Under the pieces are notes generated by a model. The model ran no database searches. It had not been told where the DNA came from and worked only from the letters and a program-made list of their open reading frames with translations. DNA of 64,000 nt from the human T2T-CHM13v2.0 reference genome, Homo sapiens. The position numbers and the translations under genes are program-made. Below are positions 1-13,100 of the stretch, piece by piece (the stretch's first letter is position 1; each line of letters starts with the position of its first letter). The stretch lies in assembly GCF_009914755.1 (NCBI RefSeq), contig NC_060930.1; one strand, given 5' to 3'.

Positions 1-207
1 TAGGTAAAAAATAATCCACTGAATATTAATAACATAATTAGAATGCTATCAACAGTCATCCAATCTATTCAAAAATTTCAATAATACTTCATGAGTGCTT
101 GTTACATGCAAGATGCTTAGTCATGAAGGACATAGTGGTGAGTAACAAAACATGGTGCCAGCCCTCTTAGATAGAATCCTGAAGGTGGAAGTTTCTTTGT
201 ATCATGC

Positions 208-810
208 TGTGATATTGTGATATAAAAGGAAACATATATTTTTGTCTTTGTCCAAGGTTCCTGGCTCACAGCTCCTGAAATCCTTGTAATTTCCTAAATG
301 ATTAGAGTGATAGGAGTAATAGGAGTATCTTTTGTGAAAATATTTTGTCTTTTGTTCTAGGTTTTTTAAACAGCTTACAGCAGTTACACAGCAAGAAAGA
401 TGAACATATCTTCTCTTACTCATTGCAAGCCCCTTTCAGTCAGAAGATTTTTGGAAAGCCCCTAGATAACTGCAAGATGAGGCGCTGGTTGCCAGGGTGA
501 GCCAAATGTGAGATTAAAGGGTTAAAACTTTCGGTCCCCCAACTCTGACCTCAAAGGAAAAGAAAGGAACTGAAGGTTGGGTTGATCACCAGTGGTCAAT
601 CATGTAATCAATCATACCTGAATGATGAATCCTCCAAAAAAACATAAAAGAACAGAGTTTGGATTGCTTCCAGGTTCCTGAATACAAGCATGGGCCAGGA
701 GGGTGGCACATCTCAACTTGCAGGGGGACAGAAGCTCCTGCATTTAGGGCCCTTCTAAACCTCCCTCTATGTAACTCTTTATCTGGCTGTTCATCATGTC
801 CTTTAGAATC
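208..810 (+). mobile_element. MER21-family (MER21B/C-like) LTR, 3' truncated
   Basis: Starts TGTGATATTGTGATATA; contains MER21-type blocks (GGTTCCTGGCTCACAGCTCC, AAGCCCCTAGATA, GGGACAGAAGCTCCTGCA, TATCTGGCTGTTCATC). Confidence 0.75.
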
Positions 811-1067
811 CTCCCCTTCTCTCTCTCCAACTCTGGTACTAAATGATACATGGACTCTGTTGGTTTCTAACAGCTTATTTACCCGACATAAAAAGTGAAA
901 AACAGAAAAGCAGGGGCAAAACATAAGAGCTGATCCATTTTTAGGATAAAATTATTGGTGAGCTCTTCAAGGCTCAATTTATAAAAATGATAAAATTGAG
1001 TCTAACATTTTTGGGTAACACATAAAAGCTAGAATCAAATTGTATAAAAACCACAGATGTTGTGTGC

Positions 1068-1265
1068 TGATGCCTGGCTTTGAATTCCAGCTATGCCACT
1101 TATCAGCTGTGGGGCTTTGGCAAGCTATTTAACTTCTTTGTGCCTCAGTTTCCTCATCTGTCAAATGTGGAGGAAGATATTATGAGGATCAGATGTCATT
1201 TTATGAGTAAAATGTTTAAAATAATACCTTGCACAAAATAGGTTCTAGATAAGTTACCTATTAAT
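1068..1265 (+). mobile_element. MIR SINE
   Basis: MIR core TGTGCCTCAGTTTCCTCATCTGT with flanking consensus-like sequence. Confidence 0.85.
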
Positions 1266-3226
1266 ACAAATATTATCTACTGAAAAGAGATTTGCCAGAC
1301 AATACACTCAGAGTTGTAACAAAGTATAAAAATAACGTCGTTACCAATTCCTACAAAAATCGATGCCATCCTTTTCTCCCCTCTGTCAGTTGAAGACCCG
1401 GCAAGGATGTAAGACACATCCATCTTGCCATCTCTAGGGTGGAAGTACCCTGGCAGACAGTATAATTAAAAGCAAACTCAGAGAAAGGAACAGAAAAGCT
1501 CCTACCATAAAATGGCTAACTCTAAGTATATGCAAATGTTTGATCAGCTGGTGGCTCAATCTTAAGGATGCCCTGAAAAGCTATCAAATACCTCTCTCAC
1601 TGAAGATGACAAAAGTAAGTATTCCCATAGTCTTTAACTAAGAATAGCTCTGCATGAAAGATGAGCATTAAAATAATAATCAGAACTACCATCGGTCATT
1701 TTCATGAAATATTCCAAGGATGCTACGATGATTTCTTGCAAAGACTAGAATATACAAAGAATGAAAGAGCTGGCAGCAACTCCAGTGATCATTTTGCCCA
1801 ATACTTTAATGATGTAAACTAGAAAACTGAGGTCAAAATGTTACTAAGGGAAAGCCCAATCTCTCACAAGAAAATCACAGCCCATCTAGCCCAGCTCTTT
1901 GAATTTCCCACTCCATGCACCCAGTGATAATCTCTCTGTATCATGCAGGCTGTTGGGAAATAATAACAATGATAGTGATATAATAACAACAACAAACACC
2001 TATAACACATTTCTACATATTTTATTAAAATAGAAAACCTTTATTGAAATTGTAAATGACAGAAGAAAAGTACATTATGCACAGAAAAAAAAAGTCCCCT
2101 CTTTTACAATATGGCCCTGGGCTACCCAAGATTGGCACTGCTCTTAAGCTAGCCTTTCCTTCCTGGTTTCCTCCTTCTTCACTCATAAGTCCCATCACAT
2201 GTCTATGTCCACATGCTATACAATGAGCTTCTCCTCCCTTTCCATCAGACCTCACTGCCCTCCGATCTAGTGCTCCAAAGTCTTACTGGAAATTCGTCAT
2301 AAGCAACACCGAAGAACTAAGGATAAATATGCTGTCAGATACTACCTCCTCTTCCCATGTCTGCATTTAACAGGGACCTGCTTTTTCTTTACTCAAAAGT
2401 AACTAATGTAGTCATTTTGGACAGACTGAGAGATCTTTTAAGCCAGAAGCTTTTAAAATTCCAGTATATTGTCATTATCTTCTCTGCTTAAGTGAGGCTG
2501 GTACTACTTCCTAGCCCAAATTCACAAATCTTTATGGTGGTGATAAGAAAACGATTATAAACAATTGGCGATGTGCATACAACTGTGAGTTATCAGAATC
2601 AGGACAAAGGACGACAAAGAATCTACAAGCATCTTGATAGACAGGGCCAATTGAAGGTGCATTAGAGAACCTCAGCAATGGAGAGTTCCACCCAAGGTCA
2701 GACCTTTACTGTCCCAGATAATATTTACAGGTTCAAAGGAAATATCAATGACTTATCTCTCAAGAAAGACTTACAGTGGGCAGGCCAGACCCCTGATGGG
2801 TGTGAAATCATTTTTTTGCATCGAAGATTTTCATTAGGTATTGTAGAAAAATTCAGTATGCTAGATTTTGAAAAACTGAGTACAGAGCATCCTTTTCAGG
2901 AAAAACAATTTAGAATGCTTCCTTTCCCAATTTTGACTTACATGGCTTTTACTGTAATGATACTTAAATACATACAAACATAAAAATTCTTATAGTTTCA
3001 GCTCCTCTAAAATCATCAAATGCCAACTAAAAGTTTTAACCAAATACCCACAAAAGTGTAACACCAATTCCGTTCAAATGAACATTTACTTAATATTCAG
3101 ATGATGATGTTTTCCTAAAAGTAACCCTCCATTTTCATTATGGCTATGATATTGAAAACCTCAACACAGGTGTCTTGGGATTCAGAATGCTCCCACTACC
3201 TGCCGTGCAGTAGGGTCTGTCTCACC

Positions 3227-3523
3227 TTTTTTTTTTTTTTTTTTTTTTGAGATAGAGTCTCACTCTGTCACCCAGGCTAGAGAGCAGTGGCGTGAGCTCA
3301 CTGCAGCCTCTGCCTCCCGGGTTCAAGCAATTCTCCTGCCTCAGCCTCCTGAGTAGCTGGGACTACAGGCACTCACCTCCATGCCTGGCTAATTTTTGTA
3401 TTTTTAGTAACGATGGGGTTTCACCATGTTGGGCAGGATGTTCTTGATCTCCTAACCTCATGATCTGCCCATCTCAGCCTCCCAAAGTGCTGGGATTACA
3501 GGTGTGAGCCACTGTGCCCAGCC
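3227..3523 (-). mobile_element. AluS (AluSc-like)
   Basis: Poly-T followed by a full dimeric Alu in reverse complement, ending GTGAGCCACTGTGCCCAGCC. Confidence 0.95.
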
Positions 3524-3789
3524 ACATTTCTTTATCCACAGCAAAACTAAACATACTGGACCAGTGTGCCATGCAGTCATATAGCCTTCACTTGAGGCAA
3601 ATTACATAAGTCCATTGTTCATTCCCATAAGCCCACAGCTACTAAAATAGCATTGGACAAACTGGATTGCAAATATAAAACACAAATTCCGGCACCAAAA
3701 CCATGCAGCAGTATTATTCATTATAAAGCGGGCCCCACAAATGCCTTTACAAATCCCACTTTGACAAGGAATGGTGGGCTGTGGTGACA

Positions 3790-4008
3790 AAGAGATCATT
3801 GGTGAGTCTGGGCTTCCCACTTATTACCAGTATAATTATAGGAGAGTAACTCAACCTTCCTGATCCTCAGTTTCCTCATCTAAAGAACAGCAGGATGAAA
3901 ACAGAACTTACCTCACAGGTTTGTCGAGAGGACAATATGTGATAACATGTGGGGTCTTTAGCCAGTGCTTGGTGCTTAATAGGTCCTCAATAAATATCCA
4001 CAATTATT
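3790..4008 (+). mobile_element. MIR SINE
   Basis: CCTCAGTTTCCTCATCT core, ACCTCACAGG, CTCAATAAATAT tail. Confidence 0.8.
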
Positions 4009-4274
4009 CCTGTTCAGTTGCTTTGTATCCAAGTTCCACAAAAGAAGAAAGAATGCACTATCTTACCAAAACATAAGCATTTCAAAATAATTTGAGTTTC
4101 AGACAGAAGAAGCATTTAATACATCTGCCTATAAAAAATTCAGACACTGCTCTCAGTCATATCTGGTGCTTTGTTATGTCACAGAGATGTGGTACTAGGT
4201 CACATTCTGGAAAAAAGAAACCTATTCACCCACGCAAAATGAAACTAGACAAACTTATCATGTAGAGTTACTTG

Positions 4275-4564
4275 TTTTTTTTTTTGAGACGGAGTCTTCG
4301 ATCTGTCACCCAGGCTGGAGTGCAGGGGCACGATCTCAGCTCACTGCAAGCTCTGCCTCCTGGGTTCACGCCATTCTCTTGCCTCAGGCTCCTGAGTAGC
4401 TGAGATTACAGGCACCCATCACCACACCCGGCTAATTTTTTGTTTTAGTAGAGACAGGGTTTCACTGTGTTAGCCAGGATGGTCTGGATCTCCTGACCTC
4501 GTGATACGCCCGCCTCGGCCTCCCAAAGTGCTGGGATTACAGGCGTGAGCCACTGCGCCCGGCC
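4275..4564 (-). mobile_element. AluY with TSD ACTTGTTTTT
   Basis: AluY diagnostics GCAAGCTC, TTCACGCCATTC, TTAGCCAGGATGG; ACTTGTTTTT at 4270-4279 and 4565-4574. Confidence 0.95.
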
Positions 4565-4679
4565 ACTTGTTTTTATAGTTAATAATTGTGTGAAGAGAAC
4601 AAAGGCTTTAAAGACATTTGAAGGTGTTGATATCTTCAAGTTCGTGTTTCCGAATTATTTAGAATAAATATGATGGATA

Positions 4680-4960
4680 GTCAGTTCATTTTACCACTGA
4701 CTGAGTGCCCGCCATATGCAAGCCATAGTGATGAGTGTAGCAGGGGCCATGGCGATGAATGAGTAGGTGCAGTCTTCACCCTGGGGGCACTTATTGTCTA
4801 CAGGGAGGTGTAGATAAACAAGTAAGAAACTTAAAGTCTACTGAACTCTAATTTCCCTAAAGATGGGGATTATGTCTTACTGGTTTTTATACCCTAGTGG
4901 TCAGCACACCTGATTCATAGTAGAGGTAAATGAATTAATGAAATATATGAGTGAATAAGA
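4680..4960. mobile_element. Two L2 3'-end fragments in opposite orientation
   Basis: Degenerate L2 3' motifs (TGAGTGCC..ATGCAAGCCA on -, CAGCACACCTG..ATAGTAG..AATGAAT on +). Confidence 0.55.
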
Positions 4961-7900
4961 TATATAGGTTATCTATGGATGTGCCATAAATGCAGGTTCA
5001 ACAAAGAGTGATGGCTCTTTTGAGGGCTCAGGAATTGAAGAAATACAAAAGAGATGGAATTTGAAGAAAGTCTTGAATTTCAAGAAATAGAGATGGGAGA
5101 AAATCCAATTATAATTTTATATAGTTGCAGTGTTCTCTAAATTGGTTCTCATTAGTAAAATAATTCTTACTCTGATTATTATTATATCTCACATTTCTAT
5201 AACTCTTCATATCTGAAAATTGTATGCATTTGCTTCTTAGTTTGTTATTTGTTACAAAGACTTTTGATTTATTTATAAACAACTTGGTGGTTCATTATTT
5301 ATTAGAATAGGAAGCTGAAGAAGTAATATCTGGTCTCTGGCAGCTGTGTCTCAATTATTACTATTGGCCTCCTGGGGTTCTCTAATAAGTAGCCATAAAA
5401 AGTCAATTTGCAACTAGGAAAAAAATGCATATATTTGGCAGCATTTACATTGCCATGATTGACAATAGATACGAATGACAGAAACCCTACAATTTGAGAA
5501 TAACTTCATCTCGATATTAGCATAAACCAACCCTAGGATAAAGAAAGAGGTATAGGAATGGTGTGTTTAAGCAATGATTAGGATATTATAAAGGCTGCAT
5601 GTAAATATCTCAATAGGAAAAAATCTAAAAGCAAGAAGAGGCATAATTTTGATACTTTGGAAAATCACTCAAAGGACTGGCTGATCCAAAAAGGAATAAT
5701 AAAAACTGAGTAAAAAACACTTGGGGAAAAAACTGTTATCTTAAAGATAAGCTCTCACTAAACTAGATTATGAACCATTTCTAGATAAAGAACCACTTCT
5801 AGATAAAGAACCAAGGTTAGATGCTCATCAACTGACCTCAAATTACTAATACATTTTTTAATATTAAAAATAATATTAATTTAATATTAAAGGATATTAA
5901 ATTTAATATGCTTTAGCTATGTGTATATATTCTGCCATCTGAATACCAGTCCCCTTTTTTGGAAAAGGAATAATATCTCTTTGTTTTCAAGCCCTAGGAT
6001 CATTGAGAGAGGTGAGAGAAGAAGAATGAAAACAGGCTAAAGGTAAAGTCCCTAAACAGTGAAAGGGAGGATTCTGCCATGATCTGGGATTGTGTTTTTG
6101 GAAATGGGGCAGGAGTGCTGTTGTGGTCTGTTGGGAAATCCACCATGTCAGGCTCCCAGATAAATGGAAATGGGTCCCAAACACCAGTTAGGTAAAGGTC
6201 TCTAACCTGCATTATTATTTGGATTTTCTTTCCTAAAAGATATGCCCTTGAAAGTTATACTGTCATAAAATTACCTAGGATTAGTTTTCATGAATATCCA
6301 TTAAGATATTTCTAGTTTTACTCAGATAAAATAACCTTCTCATAGTATCACACCTTGGCTTGAACTGTAAGCCAATAGCCAGGAGAGGTTGTGAGGACAT
6401 CATAATGGTTGAGCAAAGAGGAAGAGGCTAAATGAAGGGTAAAAAGCACCAAAAGCATGGCATATGTTTAATCTTTATCACCCAAGACAAAAGTCTTTTG
6501 ATAAATAGTCATCTTTGTATAAGCATAAGATTTTAAAGGTTATTTTAAGGAACAAAACTGAAAGCATTATGAGGAGCTGCCACATTTGGGCATTCTACTT
6601 TTGGAGACCCTAAAGGTCATTCCATGAATCATACATGGTCATTCCCTTCAGTGCTTGCCATATGGCTTCCTGGGAGCTGTCTGGTAGGAAGGAGCACAGG
6701 GGAAACCGCTCACCTAGATTTCCCCACAAGCACACTGTGGACTGCCCCATGTCCCATGTAAGCTATCGAAAATTACACTAGAACATAAGTGATCCCATCT
6801 AGAGACATTCTAAGTTTCTTAATGTCCTTAGTTTCCACTTTAATTATCTCAGCAGTTTTCACACAGCCTGAAGGAAGTAGTTGTTGGCTCGATGAAGGTA
6901 ATTTAGATCCAGAGGAGCCACAGGAAGCTCTTCAGGTTTACCATTCCATCTCACCTCCACCTGGAGCTGACCCTTCCAAATCAGTCTGCATACACGTAGG
7001 GGCTATGATAGCCCTCTTAACCTTCCAGAACAACAGACACTGAACCTCCCAGTGTGATTACAAACAGAATGGGAAGGAAATCTCCTCTCCCCACCCATGA
7101 TATCTCAGGAGGCTGAAACCAAACCAGCATCCAGGGTGCAAGCCAAGAATCCCCACAGTGTTCATGTGTTGTGGCACTTAGACACAAGGTCAGAAGGTCA
7201 GCCTTTGAAAATCTGACTGAGTAAGTAATTCAACTCAGAGCATCACCTAAATGTCACCTTGTCAAATTTTTTTTGTTTACCTTGTCAAATTTTGAAGTGT
7301 AATGGGCAGAACAGAAGTCACCAAGAGACAGAGAAATAAGAAAATAAAAGCTACCAAAAAAACACATTTTGTGATATGCCAGTTGCTAAATATCTTTCCT
7401 GACCAAAATGTGACACTTTTTAAAATAAATAGTTGCTTGTATGTCATAAAAGATCAAATAAATATTAATGCCCACAGCAGGACAAAAGTAACCTATTCAC
7501 GAATTATTAGTTTTCACTTGTCAAGGCTAAGAAATTTTGCTGTTGAGCAAATAAAATTTTGTTTGAACCACCATTAATTTATCTGAATTTACATTGCTAT
7601 TTCAAAATTCAGGTGCTGATATCTGTAATCAAATAAATAATTTCTTTCTTGATAAATTATTAAACCTCATAAGAGAAGTATAAACTGAGCATTGATTTGT
7701 CTTGGCCAGATACTGGACTTTTAGCTTTAACAGTTACAGAAGTCAAAATAAATAATCAATTAAATTAATCTAGCCTGACTTTCAGACAAATTTATGGGGG
7801 AAAATAATTCAAATTGGCTGTTTACCTCAATAAATTGGTCAATATAATCAAAATACTATAATTGATATGGTAGCCTAATAGTAAATGTAGAGCCTTTTTT

Positions 7901-8609
7901 TCTTTGAAAAGACTAATTTGAATAGTCATCAAATTAGAAAAATGACCACTTAAGTGATTTTTAAGAAGATTCCAACGGTTATCTTAGTGATTTATTCAAA
8001 ATGGTTTTCTCTGCGTCGTGTCTCATTGAGTAGGTGAACAAAGACCTGCCTGTCTGAAGCTTGCCCAAAAGCAGAAGGGGAGCTGGTCAAAACCAGCTAA
8101 AGCAACAACAGAACTAATGCAAATAAGTGCCCATATTTGCTGTCAATATCTTCCAGGATAACTTTTCAGGATTTATAAACTGTTTTTGCTGAATTGAGAA
8201 GCCAGAAGAAGCAAACTGAAGCAGTTCTCACATAAGCAGAGTTTGTTCTATTCTACTTAGCATAAGTCCGCGTTAGCAGATCAGCAGGCTGTGATGACAG
8301 CTGTCAGCAGTCAGGTCTCACTGAGGCTGCTGTATCCATGGGCCAGGCCACTGATAACGGAAACATCAGGAGAGAAGCCATCCACAGAAATCAACTTTCC
8401 TACAAACACTCATGTATGCTGAATCTACCAGATCCCCACCCACTCATCTTCAACTCCCTAAAAGAAAGCCTAACTTCCTTGAACCAATTGTTAGGCATGA
8501 ATATTTCCAGGGTAGGGGCTATCTCTGGAAAGCACTAACACCATCAAGCCCTTATCTTCACCAAAAAGAGTGCTTACAAGAAGGACAGAGGTGACATCTG
8601 TATTCTCCT

Positions 8610-9170
8610 GCATTGCTTGTGGGAAAGTTCATTAGTATAACCCGCTAAAAAAACAATTAAAAGCAATGTCAGTATACAGAGAAAGCTTTAAGAAGGTCTA
8701 TCTGTTTGAGCCAATAGTCCCACTTCTAACAATCTGTCCTAAGAAAATAATCCAAAACATAGAAAAAAATTGTGCTCAAAGATGTTTATCAAGGTAGTAT
8801 ATATGATATCTTAAATAATTGGGAACAATCTGAATGTTCAACAATAGAGGAAAGCGTAAATGAATTACGATAAAATTATGCGTGGAAATGCTATGCAGCT
8901 AATGAGAAAAATATTCAAAAAGATTATTGGCTTCATATGAAAGTTATTTTAAATTTTCAGTGAAATGCACAGAATGCAAAATTCTGTACACAGTTATAAT
9001 TCCATTTCTATAAAAATATGCATATAAAAAGTGAAAAGTACATCAATATGTTTATAGTAATTGTCAATTGCTCATGGTAATATGTGTTATTTTAATTCTC
9101 TCTTTTTATACTTTCCTGTGTTTTCCAAAGTTTTTCTAGAAAGCACATATGTCCAAGAAAAAAAACAAAA
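8610..9170 (+). mobile_element. Ancient L1 (L1ME-type) 3' fragment
   Basis: Degenerate ORF2 end and 3'UTR: CCAATAGTCCCACTTCTA..AAGATGTTTATC..GAACAATCTGAATGTTCAACAATAGAGG..TATGCAGCTA. Confidence 0.7.
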
Positions 9171-9689
9171 CATTAAAACTTCAGGGCAGAGGGTCCCTGT
9201 TTTCCTGCTGAGTGGACATGCCTCAGCAGACAGTGGAAAATATTTCTAGCCTTCATGAGCAGACTCCATGTTCTGCCTGTCACTCACGCTTGATGTAAAC
9301 CCTGATGATGACTCCTTCTTGCACTCCACATCATGCCTATCCTTTCCTCAACCTTGGCTTTGACTTTCACCCTTCTCTGTTTATACTAAAACACCCCTCT
9401 GGCAGTACCTCTTCTCTTCAAACCACAGTCTCCTTCCCCCTTCACCAGCTGGACCCAGTTCCATGTCCTGATCAGCTCTGGCCTGACCTGACCCACATTG
9501 GTACTGACAACAAATAAGTTACCCCCCCAAAAAACAAGCTATTTGTACCAAAGAACAGGGCAAGGAAATACAACATTCTTAATGCATTATATAAATGTAT
9601 TTTATATGCATTGGACATCTTTCTTCTCACAGCCATGGTACTATACCAGGCCCACCTATAATTGATTTCTTGTTATTAGTAGGTCCCTA

Positions 9690-10115
9690 TTGTGACAATC
9701 ATCCTCAACATCTGTGCAGAGCATTCCATTTTTCTGTGCACATTCACAAACTCATAGTACATCACCCTCACACCTTTGTAAAGTGGGGAGATAAGGTATT
9801 ATTTTCCTAATTGTACAGATAAGAAAACTGCAACTCAGAGAACCGGCACTGAGTGGCTTATTCCCCCTGATCCTCAGGGTGTGCTTTTCTGTAAATAGTG
9901 ATGATAATACCCACCTTGTGGAGTTGTTGTAAGGATTAAATGAGATAACGTATGTAGCATGCTGAGCAAAGCATCTGGAACAGGGGCAGCATTCAACAAA
10001 TGCCAGTTCCTATGACTGTTAGGTCAATGGGAAGCTCAAGGTCACATAGCAGGGAAATGACAGCACCAGGATTGAGATCCAGGCTTTTTCATGCCAAGTC
10101 CATGTTCTTTATACT
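9690..10115. mobile_element. MIR (-) interrupted by a second MIR (+)
   Basis: Minus MIR ends at AGAAAACTGCAACTCAGAGA (~9842) and resumes CAAGGTCACATAGC (~10037); a plus MIR lies between. Confidence 0.65.
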
Positions 10116-11139
10116 TCATTCCCAACACTGTATGAGAAGTACTAAGGCATGGCCCGAGTCTTCAGAGAAATTATAATATTTTGGAACAGGCAAATCTCAG
10201 TTACATGATATAATAAAGCAATTATTCCCACAAAGAACTAAGAAACAGTGATAAAATCTAGGACCGTGTTCTAAAATAATACATTTTTTTGGTCCAATAG
10301 CTACCATTACAATGTCTTTTTATGCATACATTCCAAAGCTTAGGATTCCAAAATTTTATCCCTTGTCTTGCAGTAAGTTGAATATAGAAGATCAGATATG
10401 AAAATAAGGCTGTTTCCATCCATACTATAAAAAATATTTTCTGTGGGCATTCTGAACTGCAGGGAGTTTGAATTGTATTTGGAAGCATTTCTTTAACTTC
10501 TGGAAAGTACCATTCATGGTCACTCACTTTATCATTTTTAAGGGATTTTTGAAGTTTCCATTGAGTTTAAAGCTGCTTCCATCTTTAAAAATATTCCTCA
10601 ACTAATTAATTTAACTTACAATATATGACACCTAGAGTTGGTAACAAGTGAAAAGACACAAGAACAGTGAACACTTTACAGGCAGAGGCAGAAAATTCTT
10701 CAGGAAGACAAAGCACATATCTGTGCACAGACACACACAGAACAGAAAATCATTCTGTCCCCTCTCTATTCTATGCCATAATAATAGAATCCAGTATGAC
10801 CAACCTTGGCAATACTATTTCTTTATTTACAGCAACATTGGCCTCCTTATAAGCTGGCAAAAGAAGAATTGAAAACTCTGTGTTGTGGAATGTTGACGCT
10901 TCTTTATCTCTAAGAAGGTAACCTATTAATGAATACTTCAGAGATGCACATTTTGGAAGTTATTTAATGTGCTGTGTGTTTTTATACTACCAACATACAC
11001 TTCTTTCTTAGATAAATAGATGATACTCAACTAAGAGGTGGCCCCTATCAAAGCTATGAAGTAGGAAACTTTGTCTTCAGAAACACTCTACCTTTCCCTT
11101 TCTACATGTCGTTTACCCTGGCGGCAAAGGGTGGGACCT

Positions 11140-11320
11140 CCATTTCCTGAGCACCTTCACTGAGACGGACTTGTATGTGGTGCCTGGTTTATAGTACTGC
11201 TTCAATCCTCACAATAATCTCACAATATGTGCATTAATTGCCCCAGTTTCTCAGACATGAGGAAACTCTCATAGAGTTAAAGCAACATGTCTAAAGAAAA
11301 GAAACTGGTAAGTGACCATG
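11140..11320 (-). mobile_element. MIR SINE
   Basis: AATCCTCACAATAATC..ATGAGGAAACT..AGAGTTAAAGCAAC. Confidence 0.65.
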
Positions 11321-11824
11321 GAGATTCCTCTACTTTAGTGCCCAGGCAGGCAGGGTTCCCCTTCCAGGACCATGCTTCCCCAACCTCAGGCACTCCCATT
11401 AGCTCTGTAAAATGGATCAGTTCACACCAAACTATTAAGGAGAAGCCACCATTTGTGTTAATCCTCTTTGAAGTATTTCTATCCTCTAAGTGACCAGACA
11501 GGTACGACCTTAACCCAAACCAATGGTTCTAGTAGCAGAGAATTTGAGAAAGCAAACAGCAAGACTTCAGAATGTCACACTCCCTAGAGAGCATCTAACC
11601 GACCTCTTGTTCCATGAATATACAGATTTAAAATAACAAAAGCCTGAGATGGGATGTGACTTTGCAAACATCACACAGCAAATCAGGTGTAGAGCCCAGT
11701 CAAAAGCCAGGACTCCTGACTCAGTCCAGTTCTCTTTTGTGGCATCAGCCAAAAATATCCAAACCTAGGGCAAAAAACACATTCCAGGATAAAAAAGAAT
11801 TATTTTAATGCTATTAATTCACAT

Positions 11825-12080
11825 TGGTAATTCAGAATGCTGGTCAGAGCCTGGGCTTCAATTCTAGGTGCACGTCTTACAAACTGTGTGACCCACGCAA
11901 GATATCCTCTCTTTGCCTTGGTTTTCTTGTCAGTCATCTGAGAATAACAACAGTGCCTGCCTCATAAGGTTAGTGGGAAGATCAGATGTGATAAACCAGG
12001 TACAGTTCTAACTTCCTTGTGTTCAGTATGTAGTAAGCACTGAATAAATGTTAGATATTATCATTATCATTATTATCACT
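11825..12080 (+). mobile_element. MIR SINE
   Basis: CCTGGGCTTCAATTCTAG..CTGTGTGACC..GCCTCATAAGGTT..GTAGTAAGCACTGAATAAATGTTAG. Confidence 0.8.
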
Positions 12081-12269
12081 GTTACCACTAGTAGTAGTTC
12101 AAATAACTGAGTTCATACTACCACTTTTGGGGATAAAGGTAGAAACAACTTCCTGCTATTAAGTTTGTCTCTCCTTCTTCTCTAAAAGCAACCTTACACA
12201 GTCTCAGAAATGAAGAGAAGTAAGATCAGTAGAAGGTTAGCACCAGAAATGAAGAAATTACATTTGAAA

Positions 12270-13100
12270 ATAAAAGTGCCTACTGAACATTTTCATTTGG
12301 TTGTTCAAAATAAAAATTCTCCATCTTTCTCAAGTCTCCTCTTATTTACTCCCTCAGTTAAAAGCCTGACCATCCTCTAGACATCTAAGCTTCTCCTTCC
12401 ATACCACCATCCACTTGGTGACCAATGCTACCGATCCTCCCCCTGAAATGGCTCTGTATAGATCTCTTCTCTTTCCTCCAGGCCATCTGGTTCAGGCACA
12501 TTTCATAAGTTTTCTGGTTTTTGTTTTGTTTTGGTCTGTGCCACTCCAATGGTCTAAAGTCTCCTCATTCCTTTTTGCAACCCCACCTCCTCACACCTCC
12601 ACAGTCACTTTTGCAAAATGTAAGTTAGATGAAATCATTCCTACCATTAAGGGCCACATGGTTTCTCCTCCTTAGCAGGGTATATTCACAATCCAGCTTC
12701 AGTGAAACCTTTCTAAACATTCCTGTCTTCCCTCAGAACATGTAGGTGTCCTCTGAATGTGACCTTTCTGCCATGTGTGTATGCTGTTCCTTCAGTGTGG
12801 AATACCCAGCCCCTTCTCTAGACAACTCCTACCACCTATTGGGATCCAGACCAAATGTAAACTCTTCTTTAAACTCTTCCAGATTCCCTCCACTCTTTCT
12901 TCTGTTGGCTCCCATTAAACTTGTTTCTGTCTTCATTAAACACTCATGATGTTGAATCATTACCATTTATTTTCTTCTCCTTTTCTGCTAAATTGATTTC
13001 TGGGAGGCATGGGCCTCATTCTTTTAGCCTCTGGCACAGGACCTACAAAGCACACAGGAGGTGCTCAACAAATAATTATTGAATTGATCGAGTGGATGCT
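12270..13100 (+). mobile_element. L2 LINE 3' fragment
   Basis: Pyrimidine-rich L2-like body ending ACACAGGAGGTGCTCAACAAATAATTATTGAATTGA. Confidence 0.7.
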
